64,000 nt of DNA, taken from IMG/VR virus record IMGVR_UViG_3300030333_006336, positions 3,670 through 67,669 of that record. One strand, given 5' to 3'. How positions within the stretch are numbered: the first letter of the stretch is position 1; every line of letters begins with the position of its first letter. The position numbers were made by a program, and so were the translations under genes. Source of the DNA: a virus. This document shows positions 36,570-46,936 of this stretch, one piece after another. The notes below the pieces were generated by a model. It was not told the origin of the DNA and searched no databases. It saw only the letters and a program-made list of their open reading frames with translations.

Positions 36570-39245
36570 TTAAGCATCTCCAAAAACTGCAGAGCGATCT
36601 CGCCGTCCTTGGATCTGTGTTATTTGTCCCTCTAAGAAGGACTGTGTTTGTGCTGCATCTAATTGTACGTACAATTCGACCGGCCCACTTTCAGACGAAT
36701 TACTCACTTGGGAACCTGCAGGCTCAAACGGACTGACTCGCTGTTGTTTAGCTCCACCAAGTGCACGAACCAGAGGTCCTAATGCGGCAGCTGCTAGGGA
36801 CATGGCGCCGAAGCCGGCTGAAATGATCATGGTTTTAACCACTGGTACATCGTTAATAGCCTCCACTGAATCCCGCATTGCTTGTGAAACTTGCTGTGCT
36901 TGGGCGCCCGAAATAGAATTCATCGCTGACCCTAGGCGTTCAAATGCGGTTGCCGTAGAGTTGACAGAATTTGCAAACGCATTAAATTGTGTCGACATTT
37001 CTACTAATTCTATCAGACTATCTAATGAACTAGCGCTCATGTCATCTGCTGCGCTAGCTATAGACCTTATACCTCCCGAAATAGAATTCCAATCTGCTCC
37101 GAATTCAGCAGCCTTTCCGAGACCCATCATAATTTGCCCAATAGACTCTAACTTTCGAGCACTTACAAGAAACAACCCAACGCCGAGCAACGTCAAGCCC
37201 ACGCCCATAGCAGCTAATCCAACACCAGCAAAGACACCTGCAGGCCCTAACAACACCAGGGCGCCCACCCATTTAAACATTGTTTCGACGGGAGCAACTT
37301 CAAACAATCCAGCAAAAGCAGTTATAAGCTGCCCCATACCTGCATACAGCGCTGCTACACTGCCAACGATAAGGGCAATACCCGCACCAAAGGGTATCAA
37401 CCCAACTGATGCGGCTCCCGCTGAGGCGCCTAATTGCCTAATCACAGGACTAGCTAGACGCGCGGATAGTGCAAGAGTTCCTATGGCTGCAGAAAACTTA
37501 AGAAGCCCTTCTAAAAAGTTGGAGGCAAATTGTTGCTGGAAAAGCAAAAACGCTAGCGCGGTGAGTGCCAACGCTAAAAGTCCCGTTTTCCAAGCCAGAC
37601 TACTTGATCCCGCTGCAGCAGCCTGCATTGAGAACTGCATGAGTATACTGGCAGATTTTAATAGGACCAGAAGTCCAATAATTTTAGGAAGCAAGTGTTC
37701 CATCTCCGACAGCTTTCTAATAAACTCTACTGCAGAGCGAGCTATTGATTCAAAAAGCGGCGCGTTTTCTGCTAAAATAGCTGCCATTTGTTCTTGAAAA
37801 TTTTGCAAATCTTTAGCTGCTTCTGCCTGTGCGATGAGTTCTTCAGTTGACATTTGAGTGGCCCCAGCCATTAAGTCCATGCGACCCGAGAGCATTAGCG
37901 CTAGATCATTTACATTATCTAAGCCAGCAGCTTGTGCAAAATATTGTTTCTGGAAATAAGACATGCTCTCAAACGAAAGTCCAGTGTCTAGGATAGAATC
38001 TCGGATCATTCCAAAGCGGGCTACTGGATCAGTCTCCATCAGCAGGTCCATTGCATTAACAGCATTCTGTCCCAACGCAGCGTTAAGAGAACCAGCAGCC
38101 TCTGCAGCGCCTTCAAAAGTATCAAACTTTTCCGTAATACGTAAAACTTTTTCCATCTCCATGCCAGTCAATTTCTGCACACGAGCTAGTTCTTTAAAAG
38201 TTTGAACTCCATCGTTTCCAAATTTTGCTAAGCTGCTACCCATTGAGGCATATGCAGCAGCCATATCTGCCGGTATGACCCCTAACTCTTGTGATAGTGT
38301 TAATAAATCTTGGGCTATCTCACCGGAATCCTCCATAGATTGTCCAAAAAGCTTCATTGAATTTTGTACACCTTGCGCAAGATCCTCCACTGACATTCCG
38401 TATTCTTGCAGGGTACTAATAGTATCTCCAAGTTGCTGTCTCTGTCCTTCTTCGGCTAACGTAAAATCAGTTACTGTTCTATAAAGAGCCAAATGAGCTT
38501 CCTTTGCTTCGTCCATACTTACGCCGTATTGTTTTAGAGTATCGAAACTTTGCATCATGCTTTCGGTAAATTCAACATTACCACCCGTAGTGCGCTCGAA
38601 AGCTTTATACGCTGTATTAAATTGGAAAACTAGGTCTTTAATACCACCGATGACGAAGCTCTGAAGCTTACTAGCCATCGAATCAACAGCTTTACCTAGC
38701 TTCTGTGCCAGGCTATCTCCGAGGTCATTAAGAGCTTCCATGCGGCCCTCTGCGGTTCCCAGCTTTAGAACAAATTCGCCGGTTGCTTTAAGCAAGTTTT
38801 TTGAAGCATTAAGTCTACGTTGTAGTATCCGTATGGCCTCTTTGGCTTTTTTGAGGTCTTCGCCCGTCAGTTCTCCCGCTGCTATTTTGGCTTCTAGTCT
38901 GGCTTTTTCTAATTCTAATTCGTTTTCTAAAGCCTCGACGCGCCCTTGTATTGTTTTTTTGCCACTCTCTAAAAGCTCTTGCATTTTCTCTAATTTTGCA
39001 ACATTTTCTTTTATGGCAAGTAAACTTTTTTCTTCTGCTTCAGCAGATTTAACAATCGCTTTAAGGATAGCCTCTTTTCTGATGGCCAACTCTCTTGCAG
39101 CATCTTCTAGAGAACCATAAGCGTCCACCAGACGCTCAGCTTCCTTTTGCATCTCTTTGCCAAGCTTCTTATGCGTCTCTAGTTGATATTCAATTTTTTT
39201 TAAAGCTGCTAATTTGGCTTCTATGTCGTCTAATCTTTCGGCCAT
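36570..39245 (-). CDS. Tape measure protein
   Basis: 891 aa, Ala/Gly/Leu-rich helical with a hydrophobic segment; follows the tail chaperone genes. Confidence 0.85.
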   Translation of the reverse strand: MAERLDDIEAKLAALKKIEYQLETHKKLGKEMQKEAERLVDAYGSLEDAARELAIRKEAILKAIVKSAEAEEKSLLAIKENVAKLEKMQELLESGKKTIQGRVEALENELELEKARLEAKIAAGELTGEDLKKAKEAIRILQRRLNASKNLLKATGEFVLKLGTAEGRMEALNDLGDSLAQKLGKAVDSMASKLQSFVIGGIKDLVFQFNTAYKAFERTTGGNVEFTESMMQSFDTLKQYGVSMDEAKEAHLALYRTVTDFTLAEEGQRQQLGDTISTLQEYGMSVEDLAQGVQNSMKLFGQSMEDSGEIAQDLLTLSQELGVIPADMAAAYASMGSSLAKFGNDGVQTFKELARVQKLTGMEMEKVLRITEKFDTFEGAAEAAGSLNAALGQNAVNAMDLLMETDPVARFGMIRDSILDTGLSFESMSYFQKQYFAQAAGLDNVNDLALMLSGRMDLMAGATQMSTEELIAQAEAAKDLQNFQEQMAAILAENAPLFESIARSAVEFIRKLSEMEHLLPKIIGLLVLLKSASILMQFSMQAAAAGSSSLAWKTGLLALALTALAFLLFQQQFASNFLEGLLKFSAAIGTLALSARLASPVIRQLGASAGAASVGLIPFGAGIALIVGSVAALYAGMGQLITAFAGLFEVAPVETMFKWVGALVLLGPAGVFAGVGLAAMGVGLTLLGVGLFLVSARKLESIGQIMMGLGKAAEFGADWNSISGGIRSIASAADDMSASSLDSLIELVEMSTQFNAFANSVNSTATAFERLGSAMNSISGAQAQQVSQAMRDSVEAINDVPVVKTMIISAGFGAMSLAAAALGPLVRALGGAKQQRVSPFEPAGSQVSNSSESGPVELYVQLDAAQTQSFLEGQITQIQGRRDRSAVFGDA

Positions 39246-39272
39246 CGTAGAATTATTTCCTTCTTCACATTA

Positions 39273-39280
39273 TAAATAGT
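39273..39280 (-). promoter_or_regulatory. Putative late promoter ACTATTTA (tape measure)
   Basis: Recurring motif directly after a terminator. Confidence 0.65.
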
Positions 39281-39286
39281 TTAAAC

Positions 39287-39315
39287 AAAAAAAGACAAAC
39301 ATTTAGAGTTTGTCC
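39287..39315 (-). terminator. Intrinsic terminator after the tail chaperone
   Basis: GGACAAAC-TCTAAAT-GTTTGTCT followed by a T run. Confidence 0.7.
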
Positions 39316-39561
39316 TTTAAGTGAGAAGGAACAGCCGGCTGGTTATGGACACTTAAAGTTTGAGAGCGCCCTTTACCACTAGATGCTTGGTTTACAGCCT
39401 CGTTTTCCATTTCAATCTGTTTAACTAATCTTTCTACAAACCATTTTCGAAGCCCTATGGGCAGATTGTATGCTTCCGAGAAAGACCACCCTCCAGAATA
39501 TTTTAAGAAAAAGAATTGTTCATACACATTTTCTATATATTCAGCTGTCAGGCCAAAAAAA
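39303..39561 (-). CDS. C-terminal extension of the tail assembly chaperone, reached by frameshift (lambda gpT-equivalent)
   Basis: FFGLTAEYIENVYEQFFFLKYSGGWSFSEAYNLPIGLRKWFVERL; no convincing own start or SD; begins at a T7 run. Confidence 0.7.
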
Positions 39562-40410
39562 GTTCGCTGAAAGCGGCACCTCCAGTAGTTGCTCATGTCC
39601 ACATTCGTCGCATTGAAAATCATAATTCAATTCTACGTTTGGCGCAACTACCCGATATGCGTTACGCAAATAGCGGGAATCTAAAGAAGGAATATTTTCT
39701 ACCAAATAACGTCTGGCACTAACACTGTCGTCTCCATTTACTGCCAATACCAAATGAGATAGCTGTGTTGTAACTGCTTGTTCATAAAGTTCTTGTTTGG
39801 CTTTCTTGCGATTATTAGATGACTTGCTGATGCGGTTTTCGTCATGTCCTGTTAGGAGGCGCATTGTTACGGTCGCCCCAGAACGTGGCAAAACCACATC
39901 AAAAGTGCCATTTTGATTATCTTGTATCTCCATATCAAGTGGAACTTCACCAGTGTACACAGTGGCGTCATTTAAATCATACGCATTTTGCTGGGTTGCT
40001 CCACAATGAGGGCAAGTAATACTAGTTTGATATTCCCTCCCATATCCACTTACGCGCATAGCAATAATTATGGCATTGCGATCTCCTACCAAAAGAGATT
40101 CAGCATTAATTGTTCGTTCAACAATCAAGCTTTGTATCACTCTGTCTAGAGCAACTCCTTTTTTCAGTAAAGTTTTAGACGTTAACATATCCTCTTCTTT
40201 GGCTGTCATCTGTCTAATCTCAATGGTTGTTTCTCCGTGAAGCGGATGCTGCGGTGGGTAATATCTCCCTTCTGACGGTAGCGCTACAAACTCAGTTGGC
40301 ACCACAAATGCGAACCCAGGATTATCGTTTTGCAACACCGTGGGGGGAGCGTCGGTAGCCGCATCCGGCCGTGACTGTCCCATGCCCAAACGATCTTTAT
40401 TTCGTGACAA
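39541..40410 (-). CDS. Tail / baseplate hub assembly chaperone (T4 gp26/gp51-like)
   Basis: LPSEGRYYP, MTAKEEDML, LLVGDRNAI, CPHC and CDEC Zn pairs; between tube and tape measure; TTG start with GAGGTG SD. Confidence 0.8.
   Translation of the reverse strand: MSRNKDRLGMGQSRPDAATDAPPTVLQNDNPGFAFVVPTEFVALPSEGRYYPPQHPLHGETTIEIRQMTAKEEDMLTSKTLLKKGVALDRVIQSLIVERTINAESLLVGDRNAIIIAMRVSGYGREYQTSITCPHCGATQQNAYDLNDATVYTGEVPLDMEIQDNQNGTFDVVLPRSGATVTMRLLTGHDENRISKSSNNRKKAKQELYEQAVTTQLSHLVLAVNGDDSVSARRYLVENIPSLDSRYLRNAYRVVAPNVELNYDFQCDECGHEQLLEVPLSANFFWPDS
39555..39561 (-). other. Candidate slippery site AAC TTT TTT TGG
   Basis: Seven T on the coding strand where the frame-0 NFFW and +1-frame TFFG readings coincide. 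Confidence 0.65.
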
Positions 40411-40439
40411 TATACACCTCTATGTTATATAATTTATTT

Positions 40440-41027
40440 TTAAACGGTAAAGAATTCTTGACCACCGCCACCGCCAACAGCAATAGATGGGTTTGTAGTT
40501 TCAACGCGAGCCCAATCATACTTAAGGGTAACAGTCATCTCAGTCAAGTCATCACCACCATACTCCAAATCGCCATATTTTACTTCTTTAATCCAAGCAT
40601 TCCACAGAGTCCAAGTTTCCAAAGGCTCGCCTTCGGAGTCAATCTGAGTAATAATTACGGAACCGAGCGCTCCAGCGGATTTAGCTTTAGACATAGAACC
40701 TAGAGAGTTTGCAGTAGTAGGAGGTGAATATCCTGATAATACCACAATATCTGACAGAGTTGCAGCCATATCTGGGCTCACAGGATCAACAAGGGTCAAA
40801 CTAATATCTTGCCATGTAACGGATCCAGGATAATAGAACGTATGGTTCAAGTATTTGTGCTCAGCTTCAGCGATCTGGAAAGACGGCTTATTAACAGTCT
40901 TTGCGTACCACAACAAGGCGCCACCTTGTGAAGATTGCACTCCTTGGAACTCAACCGTAAATCTAAATTTTCTCTTTGGATCGTTAATGGCTGAATTCTC
41001 ACCAAAGTTTTCTGCCCAAAATGCCAT
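40440..41027 (-). CDS. Tail tube protein (T4 gp19-like)
   Basis: DPKRKFRF, YYPGSVTW, WTLWNAWIKEV..GDL.Y, TLKYDWA; follows sheath. Confidence 0.9.
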   Translation of the reverse strand: MAFWAENFGENSAINDPKRKFRFTVEFQGVQSSQGGALLWYAKTVNKPSFQIAEAEHKYLNHTFYYPGSVTWQDISLTLVDPVSPDMAATLSDIVVLSGYSPPTTANSLGSMSKAKSAGALGSVIITQIDSEGEPLETWTLWNAWIKEVKYGDLEYGGDDLTEMTVTLKYDWARVETTNPSIAVGGGGGQEFFTV

Positions 41028-41057
41028 AATTTGTTACTCCTATAAAGCCTTATAATT

Positions 41058-41065
41058 TAATTAGT
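41058..41065 (-). promoter_or_regulatory. Putative late promoter ACTAATTA (tube)
   Basis: Recurring motif. Confidence 0.6.
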
Positions 41066-41099
41066 GAGGAAGGGGAAAAAACCCCCTCCGGTATGACTT

Positions 41100-44090
41100 T
41101 TAATCATCAAAGGATGCACCTGTCGAACTAATAACAAAGTCAATAGCAATGTACTCAATCGCGCGTGCAGGTTTCACCATAATCTTTGCATAAAGAATAT
41201 TTTGATCGATGAGATCGTCCGTGGTGGTGGTCTCATCAAGAATCAATTTATACTCTGTAATACCAAAATTAACTTTTACATTGGCCAAAAGAGGCTCAAT
41301 GAGAGATTTAAATCGATTCCACGTTGCTTGAACATTTTGCTCAAACAATACTTCCGTAGAAAGGATAGAAATCTGCTTCTTAAGATAGATAACAAGGCGG
41401 CGAACATTGATTCTGTCCAGTGCCGAGGCATCTGCCTGAAGAGTTTTTTGTCCAAATACCACAATGCCCGTGTTAGGGAACGAAGCAATGGGATTAATTC
41501 TCGCTTCGTATAGTGTGTCGCGATCTTTGGATGTGAGCCTTTCGGTCACAGCTGTGACTGGAATTCCGGCGGCACCATCGGAGAGACCTCCGCGATTAAA
41601 ACCAGCCGGAGCAAACCACACATCAGTAGCTGCTTGAGAGCTAGCCAGAACACCGGCCATTGCGACAGAAGGTGGCACCCACAACAGAATACCAGTTGCG
41701 GCATCTTGTGTTTGCACCCATGGGTAGAAGGTTGCACCATAACTTGAATCAATTCTTCTATTTAATAATGCGTTGGAAGCATCAGTGGGGGTTGTACCAA
41801 TACGATTGACCACAGACGATTTATATTGCTCATGTGGGGGGATGTAAACGTTAGCCAAATCAATTAACGCTAATGCATCGGCGCGTTCACTACACACATC
41901 AATCATGTGATTTGTTAGATTATCAACTGTAAGACCCGGAGCAACCATCAAGTTCATGTCAACAGACTCTGGATCTGCTACGGTGTCCATTGCGCGGCGC
42001 CAAGTGTAATATGGCGAACTATTAAGGTTGGTGGATGTAGAGTCCATGCTACCATTATACAGAGGATCTGGCAGCTTAATATCAAAGCCATCAGCGCCAC
42101 CCCAGAAGGGTGCGGTAAAGTTTCTATATCCAGCGGACAACAAATCATCGTACGATGCAGATGTGACTGATTTTTCAGATTGGCGCGAACCAGACTCATA
42201 GTAATATACTCCGCTACCAGCATCTTTGACAATATCATCCAGGGAGAAAACATATGAATATGTGTCAACACCAGTAGATGCTGCGTCTGTTTGACCAGCA
42301 AACCAGAGACGCTGAACATCAGCAACGCTAGCATCATTGATAGTAGAAGTACGTGTGCGCGTTGTTTGGAATCCAAAATAGGCGTTTGTGGGATCGGATA
42401 ATCCTCCGTCTGACGCCGACAAGCGCAATCTTGTACGTGGCCATGCAAGGGATCCTGTGATTCCGCAACCAACACGAGAGCCGGGATCCGAGTACGAACA
42501 CGACAACACTGCTTCTAACTGTCCGCCGCTGAATGCGCTGGAGGGTGTTGCCGGGAAGGCGCCTGCTGCCCAATAAACATATCGACCAGCTAACGCACCA
42601 TCAGGAATGTTGCTTGCGTCAATTCCACCACTAATATTCGTTAGCCCTGTAAAGCGAGGTGGACCGAAGTAGCCAAAAGGAAGATATGTGGCGTTTGCTT
42701 GTCCATCTTGCACCTTTGAATTTAACTCTACGTATACAAATTTAGAATTATTTGGATAATCTCCGTAAGTTTTAAGTCGGCGACTAGTATCATCCCATTG
42801 TGTAAACTTAGTACCAATTCTACGACCAATGAAGTCAGGAGAAGCTGGATTTAGATTAAGGTTGTCAAATCTTTCATAAACTGAAATATTGCTATCTGTA
42901 TCACTTAAAGCTCGTATAATAACTGAAAACGTTCCATAGTCACTACTTGGAGACGTTGATGCACGTACGTTTGCAATAGAAACTTTAGCATTCTTTTGTA
43001 GCCATTCTCCATGTCCGCGACCTTTAAGCTTAAAGAGCTTTTGAGAATTTTGAGGATAGAAGTCTTCAGGAACACCAAGATCCTGTCCAACGAACCAGCC
43101 GGTCTCTGCTTCTCGGCTAGGCTGGTTATTCATTTTTGCTGGGGATTTGGTGAGATCGCTTATTAATGCGATTGGTAAAATAACTCCATGAAGAGCTACT
43201 CCAATCTTAGAAGTACCATTTCCGACTAATGCATCTGTACCATCTCGAAGATCTTGCTCAAATGTCTCTCCAAGCCAATATTGCTTATAAGCATCACTGG
43301 CGAAAAATGTTCCACGAGAAGAAGCCAATTGAGGATTCGTGTTGAATCTCTGACGGATGAACATATCCGAAGAATCATCAAATCCGAACTTGGTCTTCTC
43401 TTCTCCCCCATAAGAACTAGAAATTGTTACTGTAAAATAATTGCTAGCGTCTGTTCCGATAACTTTTCCGATACCAGCTGTGTTACCGTCCGTCTGCATC
43501 GTGTCCGAGCCGTCGCGGTTTGGGTAAGAACTTGATATGAAACCACCGAGAAGGGCGCCGCTTAGAGCAATAGTTGCTGCTGTATCTAAATACCAAATAG
43601 CCGCTAATTGTCCAGTGCCAAGATCTACTCCTCCGTCAGCAGCAGGATTTCCGCTAGAACTTGGCCAAACCCAAAGTCCGTAAGCGCCACCATTCGAGGC
43701 TGCAGTTGCATTAATATTGCTTGTGGTTTGCCAGCCGGCATAGCCAGCTTCCGTTGCATTGTTAGACTGCTGTCCTAAAAGGCGAATGTATGTGAGAGGA
43801 GCAACATTCGCATTTAAAAATGCTTTAGCGGCGTAAGTGCCGTACATCGGGGACTGAAGATTTCCGTCTCGATAAACATCATTACCCGCGCCACCGCCAG
43901 GAACTGTATCTCCAAACATTTCTACAAAATCAGAGTAAGACCCCACTTTTACTGGCTGCATCGCCAAGCCTCGTTGTGATCTTCCGATAACTACGGGCCC
44001 GATTTCTTCAGATGAAGCTGGGATAAATGAGTTGTCAATCTCATTAATAAAAACCCCTGGTGAAACAAACTTAAAGCTTTTAATTGACAT
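41100..44090 (-). CDS. Tail sheath protein (T4 gp18-like)
   Basis: FVSPGVFINEID, YPWV, VPPS, WFAPAGFNRG, INPIASF, FGQKTLQ, DRINVRRL, KPARAIEYI. Confidence 0.96.
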   Translation of the reverse strand: MSIKSFKFVSPGVFINEIDNSFIPASSEEIGPVVIGRSQRGLAMQPVKVGSYSDFVEMFGDTVPGGGAGNDVYRDGNLQSPMYGTYAAKAFLNANVAPLTYIRLLGQQSNNATEAGYAGWQTTSNINATAASNGGAYGLWVWPSSSGNPAADGGVDLGTGQLAAIWYLDTAATIALSGALLGGFISSSYPNRDGSDTMQTDGNTAGIGKVIGTDASNYFTVTISSSYGGEEKTKFGFDDSSDMFIRQRFNTNPQLASSRGTFFASDAYKQYWLGETFEQDLRDGTDALVGNGTSKIGVALHGVILPIALISDLTKSPAKMNNQPSREAETGWFVGQDLGVPEDFYPQNSQKLFKLKGRGHGEWLQKNAKVSIANVRASTSPSSDYGTFSVIIRALSDTDSNISVYERFDNLNLNPASPDFIGRRIGTKFTQWDDTSRRLKTYGDYPNNSKFVYVELNSKVQDGQANATYLPFGYFGPPRFTGLTNISGGIDASNIPDGALAGRYVYWAAGAFPATPSSAFSGGQLEAVLSCSYSDPGSRVGCGITGSLAWPRTRLRLSASDGGLSDPTNAYFGFQTTRTRTSTINDASVADVQRLWFAGQTDAASTGVDTYSYVFSLDDIVKDAGSGVYYYESGSRQSEKSVTSASYDDLLSAGYRNFTAPFWGGADGFDIKLPDPLYNGSMDSTSTNLNSSPYYTWRRAMDTVADPESVDMNLMVAPGLTVDNLTNHMIDVCSERADALALIDLANVYIPPHEQYKSSVVNRIGTTPTDASNALLNRRIDSSYGATFYPWVQTQDAATGILLWVPPSVAMAGVLASSQAATDVWFAPAGFNRGGLSDGAAGIPVTAVTERLTSKDRDTLYEARINPIASFPNTGIVVFGQKTLQADASALDRINVRRLVIYLKKQISILSTEVLFEQNVQATWNRFKSLIEPLLANVKVNFGITEYKLILDETTTTDDLIDQNILYAKIMVKPARAIEYIAIDFVISSTGASFDD

Positions 44091-44137
44091 ATTAGATTCC
44101 TCTCTTTAACGAAATATGCGCTACTGCAATCATTAAT

Positions 44138-44145
44138 TAAATAGT
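44138..44145 (-). promoter_or_regulatory. Putative late promoter ACTATTTA (sheath)
   Basis: Recurring motif. Confidence 0.65.
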
Positions 44146-44191
44146 ATTTTTATTCTCAAAAAGCTCCTGACCACACAATAAATATAAAGTT

Positions 44192-45085
44192 TCACTTCAG
44201 GATGTCACCAAAGATATTGGGAACACCCGGAGGTGCTGTGGATTCTTGAGGAAAAGAGATCTCGACCGTATTTTCATCCACGCGAACAATAGGGCGATCA
44301 TCACTCTCCCCTTCGCCGATCAAATAACCCAAAACACGAATGTTAATATCTGTAGAAAACATCCGCATCTCTTCTGACAAATTACTTACATTGTTCGAAT
44401 GGTTAAAATTTTGATCAATAAATCCTTCGTACATGTGACCATTTCTTCTCATCACAAATGCATTAATCTGTCCAGTGCGCGTGATTAGAGGCGCCATCAT
44501 TGTGTTCATTTGCTGTTGATATTCAGACTTTAGTGTAATCTTATAATCTACATTTACATAAACTGGAATCGGAATCGATAAAGATTTAATTACTACTTTT
44601 TTGTTTGTACGAGGGTAATAACGCTGATTAGTTCCGTCAGTCACATTGCCTTGACGCATATTATCCACTACCGCAAAGTTCCTGGTTTTATCTTTTACTA
44701 TCTGCTTAGCAATAACCATTCTTCCAGCACGACCGTTCTTGCGCTTAGAAAATAAGTGGGCTTGAAAAGAACCTTTTCTTGCTGGATCTTTTACAATGGC
44801 TGTCCTCTCCACACTGATTAAAGGGAGCTTCAATGCGCCGGCATCATCTCGGAGGGCTTTTTCATGTTTAACCTGATAGGCCCTTTCAGGCGCCTGCCAT
44901 AGAACTGGAATTTTTTTGAATCCTTCATTTGTTCTTGCAGAAATATCTAATTTAGTGTTTACCCATTCTACGATAGCTGAGTCGATGGTTTCTATAGTTG
45001 ACTCCAACATCCCTACTTCTTTCAAGCTATAGCTGCCACTCAATCCAGGTGGCAGAAGTGCAAAATCAAAATTATCAGGTAGCAT
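44192..45085 (-). CDS. Tail completion / sheath stabiliser (gp15-like)
   Basis: TIETIDSAI, IPVLWQAPER, LPLISVER, PVYVNVDY; between neck and sheath; likely start MLPDNF at 45085. Confidence 0.7.
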   Translation of the reverse strand: MLPDNFDFALLPPGLSGSYSLKEVGMLESTIETIDSAIVEWVNTKLDISARTNEGFKKIPVLWQAPERAYQVKHEKALRDDAGALKLPLISVERTAIVKDPARKGSFQAHLFSKRKNGRAGRMVIAKQIVKDKTRNFAVVDNMRQGNVTDGTNQRYYPRTNKKVVIKSLSIPIPVYVNVDYKITLKSEYQQQMNTMMAPLITRTGQINAFVMRRNGHMYEGFIDQNFNHSNNVSNLSEEMRMFSTDINIRVLGYLIGEGESDDRPIVRVDENTVEISFPQESTAPPGVPNIFGDILK

Positions 45086-45563
45086 CGAACAACCCCTTTC
45101 TTGCGCGTTTACATGTGGCGGTAATCTCAAAACTGTGATCTACTTGTCCAAATAATTTGCGCGGCTCAGATAGTTTAACTATCTCATAATAGAAATCTCC
45201 GTATAAAACAAAATCTCCTTCGCGCACATACAGATCCTGATCTTCGGTTAATCGACGTCTATGAAAATTTACAGCAATTTCCCACGATTTATCAATTCCC
45301 ATGTTCTCTAGATACGATGTAGAGTATTCAGTAAACTCAACCAGGGCGTATACACGTATTGGAGGGAGAAAAGTTTTTTCAATAGCTTCTCCATAAAGTT
45401 CATTAAAATTAGTTGAACTCATGTCAATTGGATAATACAAGATCTGCTGTCCAATAACCTTTTCAATTAACTCATCATTTACTTGTTTAACTAGGTTTCG
45501 TTCTTTTTGTCCTAAAAATAACGGTGGCGGTGGGGCCTCTGGTTTCTTCCATTTATCTGACAT
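45075..45563 (-). CDS. Neck / head closure protein (gp14-like)
   Basis: GQQILYY, LYGEAIEK.F, EGDFV...YYEI; position after the gp13-like gene. Confidence 0.75.
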   Translation of the reverse strand: MSDKWKKPEAPPPPLFLGQKERNLVKQVNDELIEKVIGQQILYYPIDMSSTNFNELYGEAIEKTFLPPIRVYALVEFTEYSTSYLENMGIDKSWEIAVNFHRRRLTEDQDLYVREGDFVLYGDFYYEIVKLSEPRKLFGQVDHSFEITATCKRARKGLFDAT

Positions 45564-45569
45564 CTATAA

Positions 45570-46841
45570 TCACCCCACAAAAATTGGCAGCGGTGAATAT
45601 TTGAATGTTTCGGCGGTAGCAGCTGCTTTCTCACTGTCATCTTTGATAAGTTGTAAGTATTCAACCTCTTTTAACATTTCCGCTAATTTATCTTTAAGTT
45701 GTTGTTGCTCTTCTTTAGCTTGTGACAATAACTCAGCATGATTTAAAGTAACACTCTCGCCAGGAATTGGCATTGTGGTAAACTTGCCTCGAATTTGTCC
45801 CAGCATTTCTTTGCACAAAGCTAAAGAGTATTTGCGAATCCATTGCTTACCAATTGCGTTGATGTTGATATATGGAACGTTATCAAAAGGTATAGTATTC
45901 ATATTGTTGATACCTTCAATGCTTCCTGTATACCCTGAAGAGCCAGAGAACGCATTCTCTTCAATGTAAAATCTAAACCAGATTCTATCGTCTTCTTGGA
46001 ATCCCCAGTTGCTGGGTATTGGGTAGATTCGTAATTTGTTATTGATAAGCTCGTATGAATAATGAGAGGTGCGTGTGTATATTGAATCTTCATACATGAT
46101 GGCTTGCATTTTATTTTGCCATGTAGGGATAATTTCAAATGTAGAATCGTCAGCGAACTGTCCATACGTAGAATAATTTCCTACCACTCCAATGCCCCCA
46201 TAGTAGCCATAGAAACGCCACATAGCACGGGGAGATTTATAATAGACTTTTGTTACAACAATCTTACTGCCATCTACTTTTCCAGCATATCCAATAGCTC
46301 CTCCGGCGTCGTCTTCGCCCGCATCAGAAGCGCTTACAACGATTGCTTGGAGGTCATAATCTTGCACATCATCTGTGGGCGAGAAAGAGGCTGAGTATTG
46401 CTCTATAGTTCCTCCGAAGCCGCCAACGGCAGAAAGCCCTTCTCCTACTGTTTTAGCTGTCGCCATTTGAAACCGTGGATATTTAAGATTTACATTTTCA
46501 GGTCCTGATTTTAGCTCGCCGAGATGATCAAATGTACCCGTAGTGTTGCCCAAAACATTTGAAAGAACATTTTTGCCTTGATGCAAATTGATAATATACG
46601 AATATTCTAGCACTGCTTCTTCATAAGATGCGTATACATTATTGGCCGTCAATTCAATGTCAACAACATCTCCTCCTAGCTTTTTATAGACGTAATCTAC
46701 CTGGGCTGCAGCACCACTTAAAAATTCTTCTGACGAAGTGTACATCCCGAAAGGGCATCCAGCAGCTACTTTTGTGACAGTGCCAGTTACAGGCAAGACA
46801 ATAGCACTTACTTGAGAGGTTGGATTTAAGTCAGTTGGCAT
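45570..46841 (-). CDS. Neck / head-tail adaptor (gp13-like)
   Basis: KLGGDVVDIEL, WIRKYSLALCKEMLGQIRGKF..P...VTLN..L. Confidence 0.85.
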   Translation of the reverse strand: MPTDLNPTSQVSAIVLPVTGTVTKVAAGCPFGMYTSSEEFLSGAAAQVDYVYKKLGGDVVDIELTANNVYASYEEAVLEYSYIINLHQGKNVLSNVLGNTTGTFDHLGELKSGPENVNLKYPRFQMATAKTVGEGLSAVGGFGGTIEQYSASFSPTDDVQDYDLQAIVVSASDAGEDDAGGAIGYAGKVDGSKIVVTKVYYKSPRAMWRFYGYYGGIGVVGNYSTYGQFADDSTFEIIPTWQNKMQAIMYEDSIYTRTSHYSYELINNKLRIYPIPSNWGFQEDDRIWFRFYIEENAFSGSSGYTGSIEGINNMNTIPFDNVPYININAIGKQWIRKYSLALCKEMLGQIRGKFTTMPIPGESVTLNHAELLSQAKEEQQQLKDKLAEMLKEVEYLQLIKDDSEKAAATAETFKYSPLPIFVG

Positions 46842-46862
46842 TGTTATAAACTCCCGCTATTA

Positions 46863-46870
46863 TAAGTAGT
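46863..46870 (-). promoter_or_regulatory. Putative late promoter ACTACTTA (neck)
   Basis: Recurring motif directly after a terminator. Confidence 0.6.
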
Positions 46871-46878
46871 GAATACAT

Positions 46879-46908
46879 AAACAAAACCCCCGTCCAAAAG
46901 GAAAGGGG
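46879..46908 (-). terminator. Probable intrinsic terminator
   Basis: CCCCTTTCC-TTTT-GGACGGGGG followed by TTTTGTTT. Confidence 0.6.
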
Positions 46909-46936
46909 CTAAGGTTAAAACATTTAACACTGATTA

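Noticed and set aside
36802-37797. 331-aa plus-strand ORF
   Set aside because: Antisense to the Ala/Gly-rich tape measure segment; explained by codon bias; no SD or recognisable domain
39562-39623. Independent start for ORF 39303-39623
   Set aside because: Lies within the upstream gene without an SD; plausible protein sequence begins only at the T7 run
41068-41089. Hairpin between sheath and tube genes
   Set aside because: Imperfect stem without a following U tract; not called a terminator
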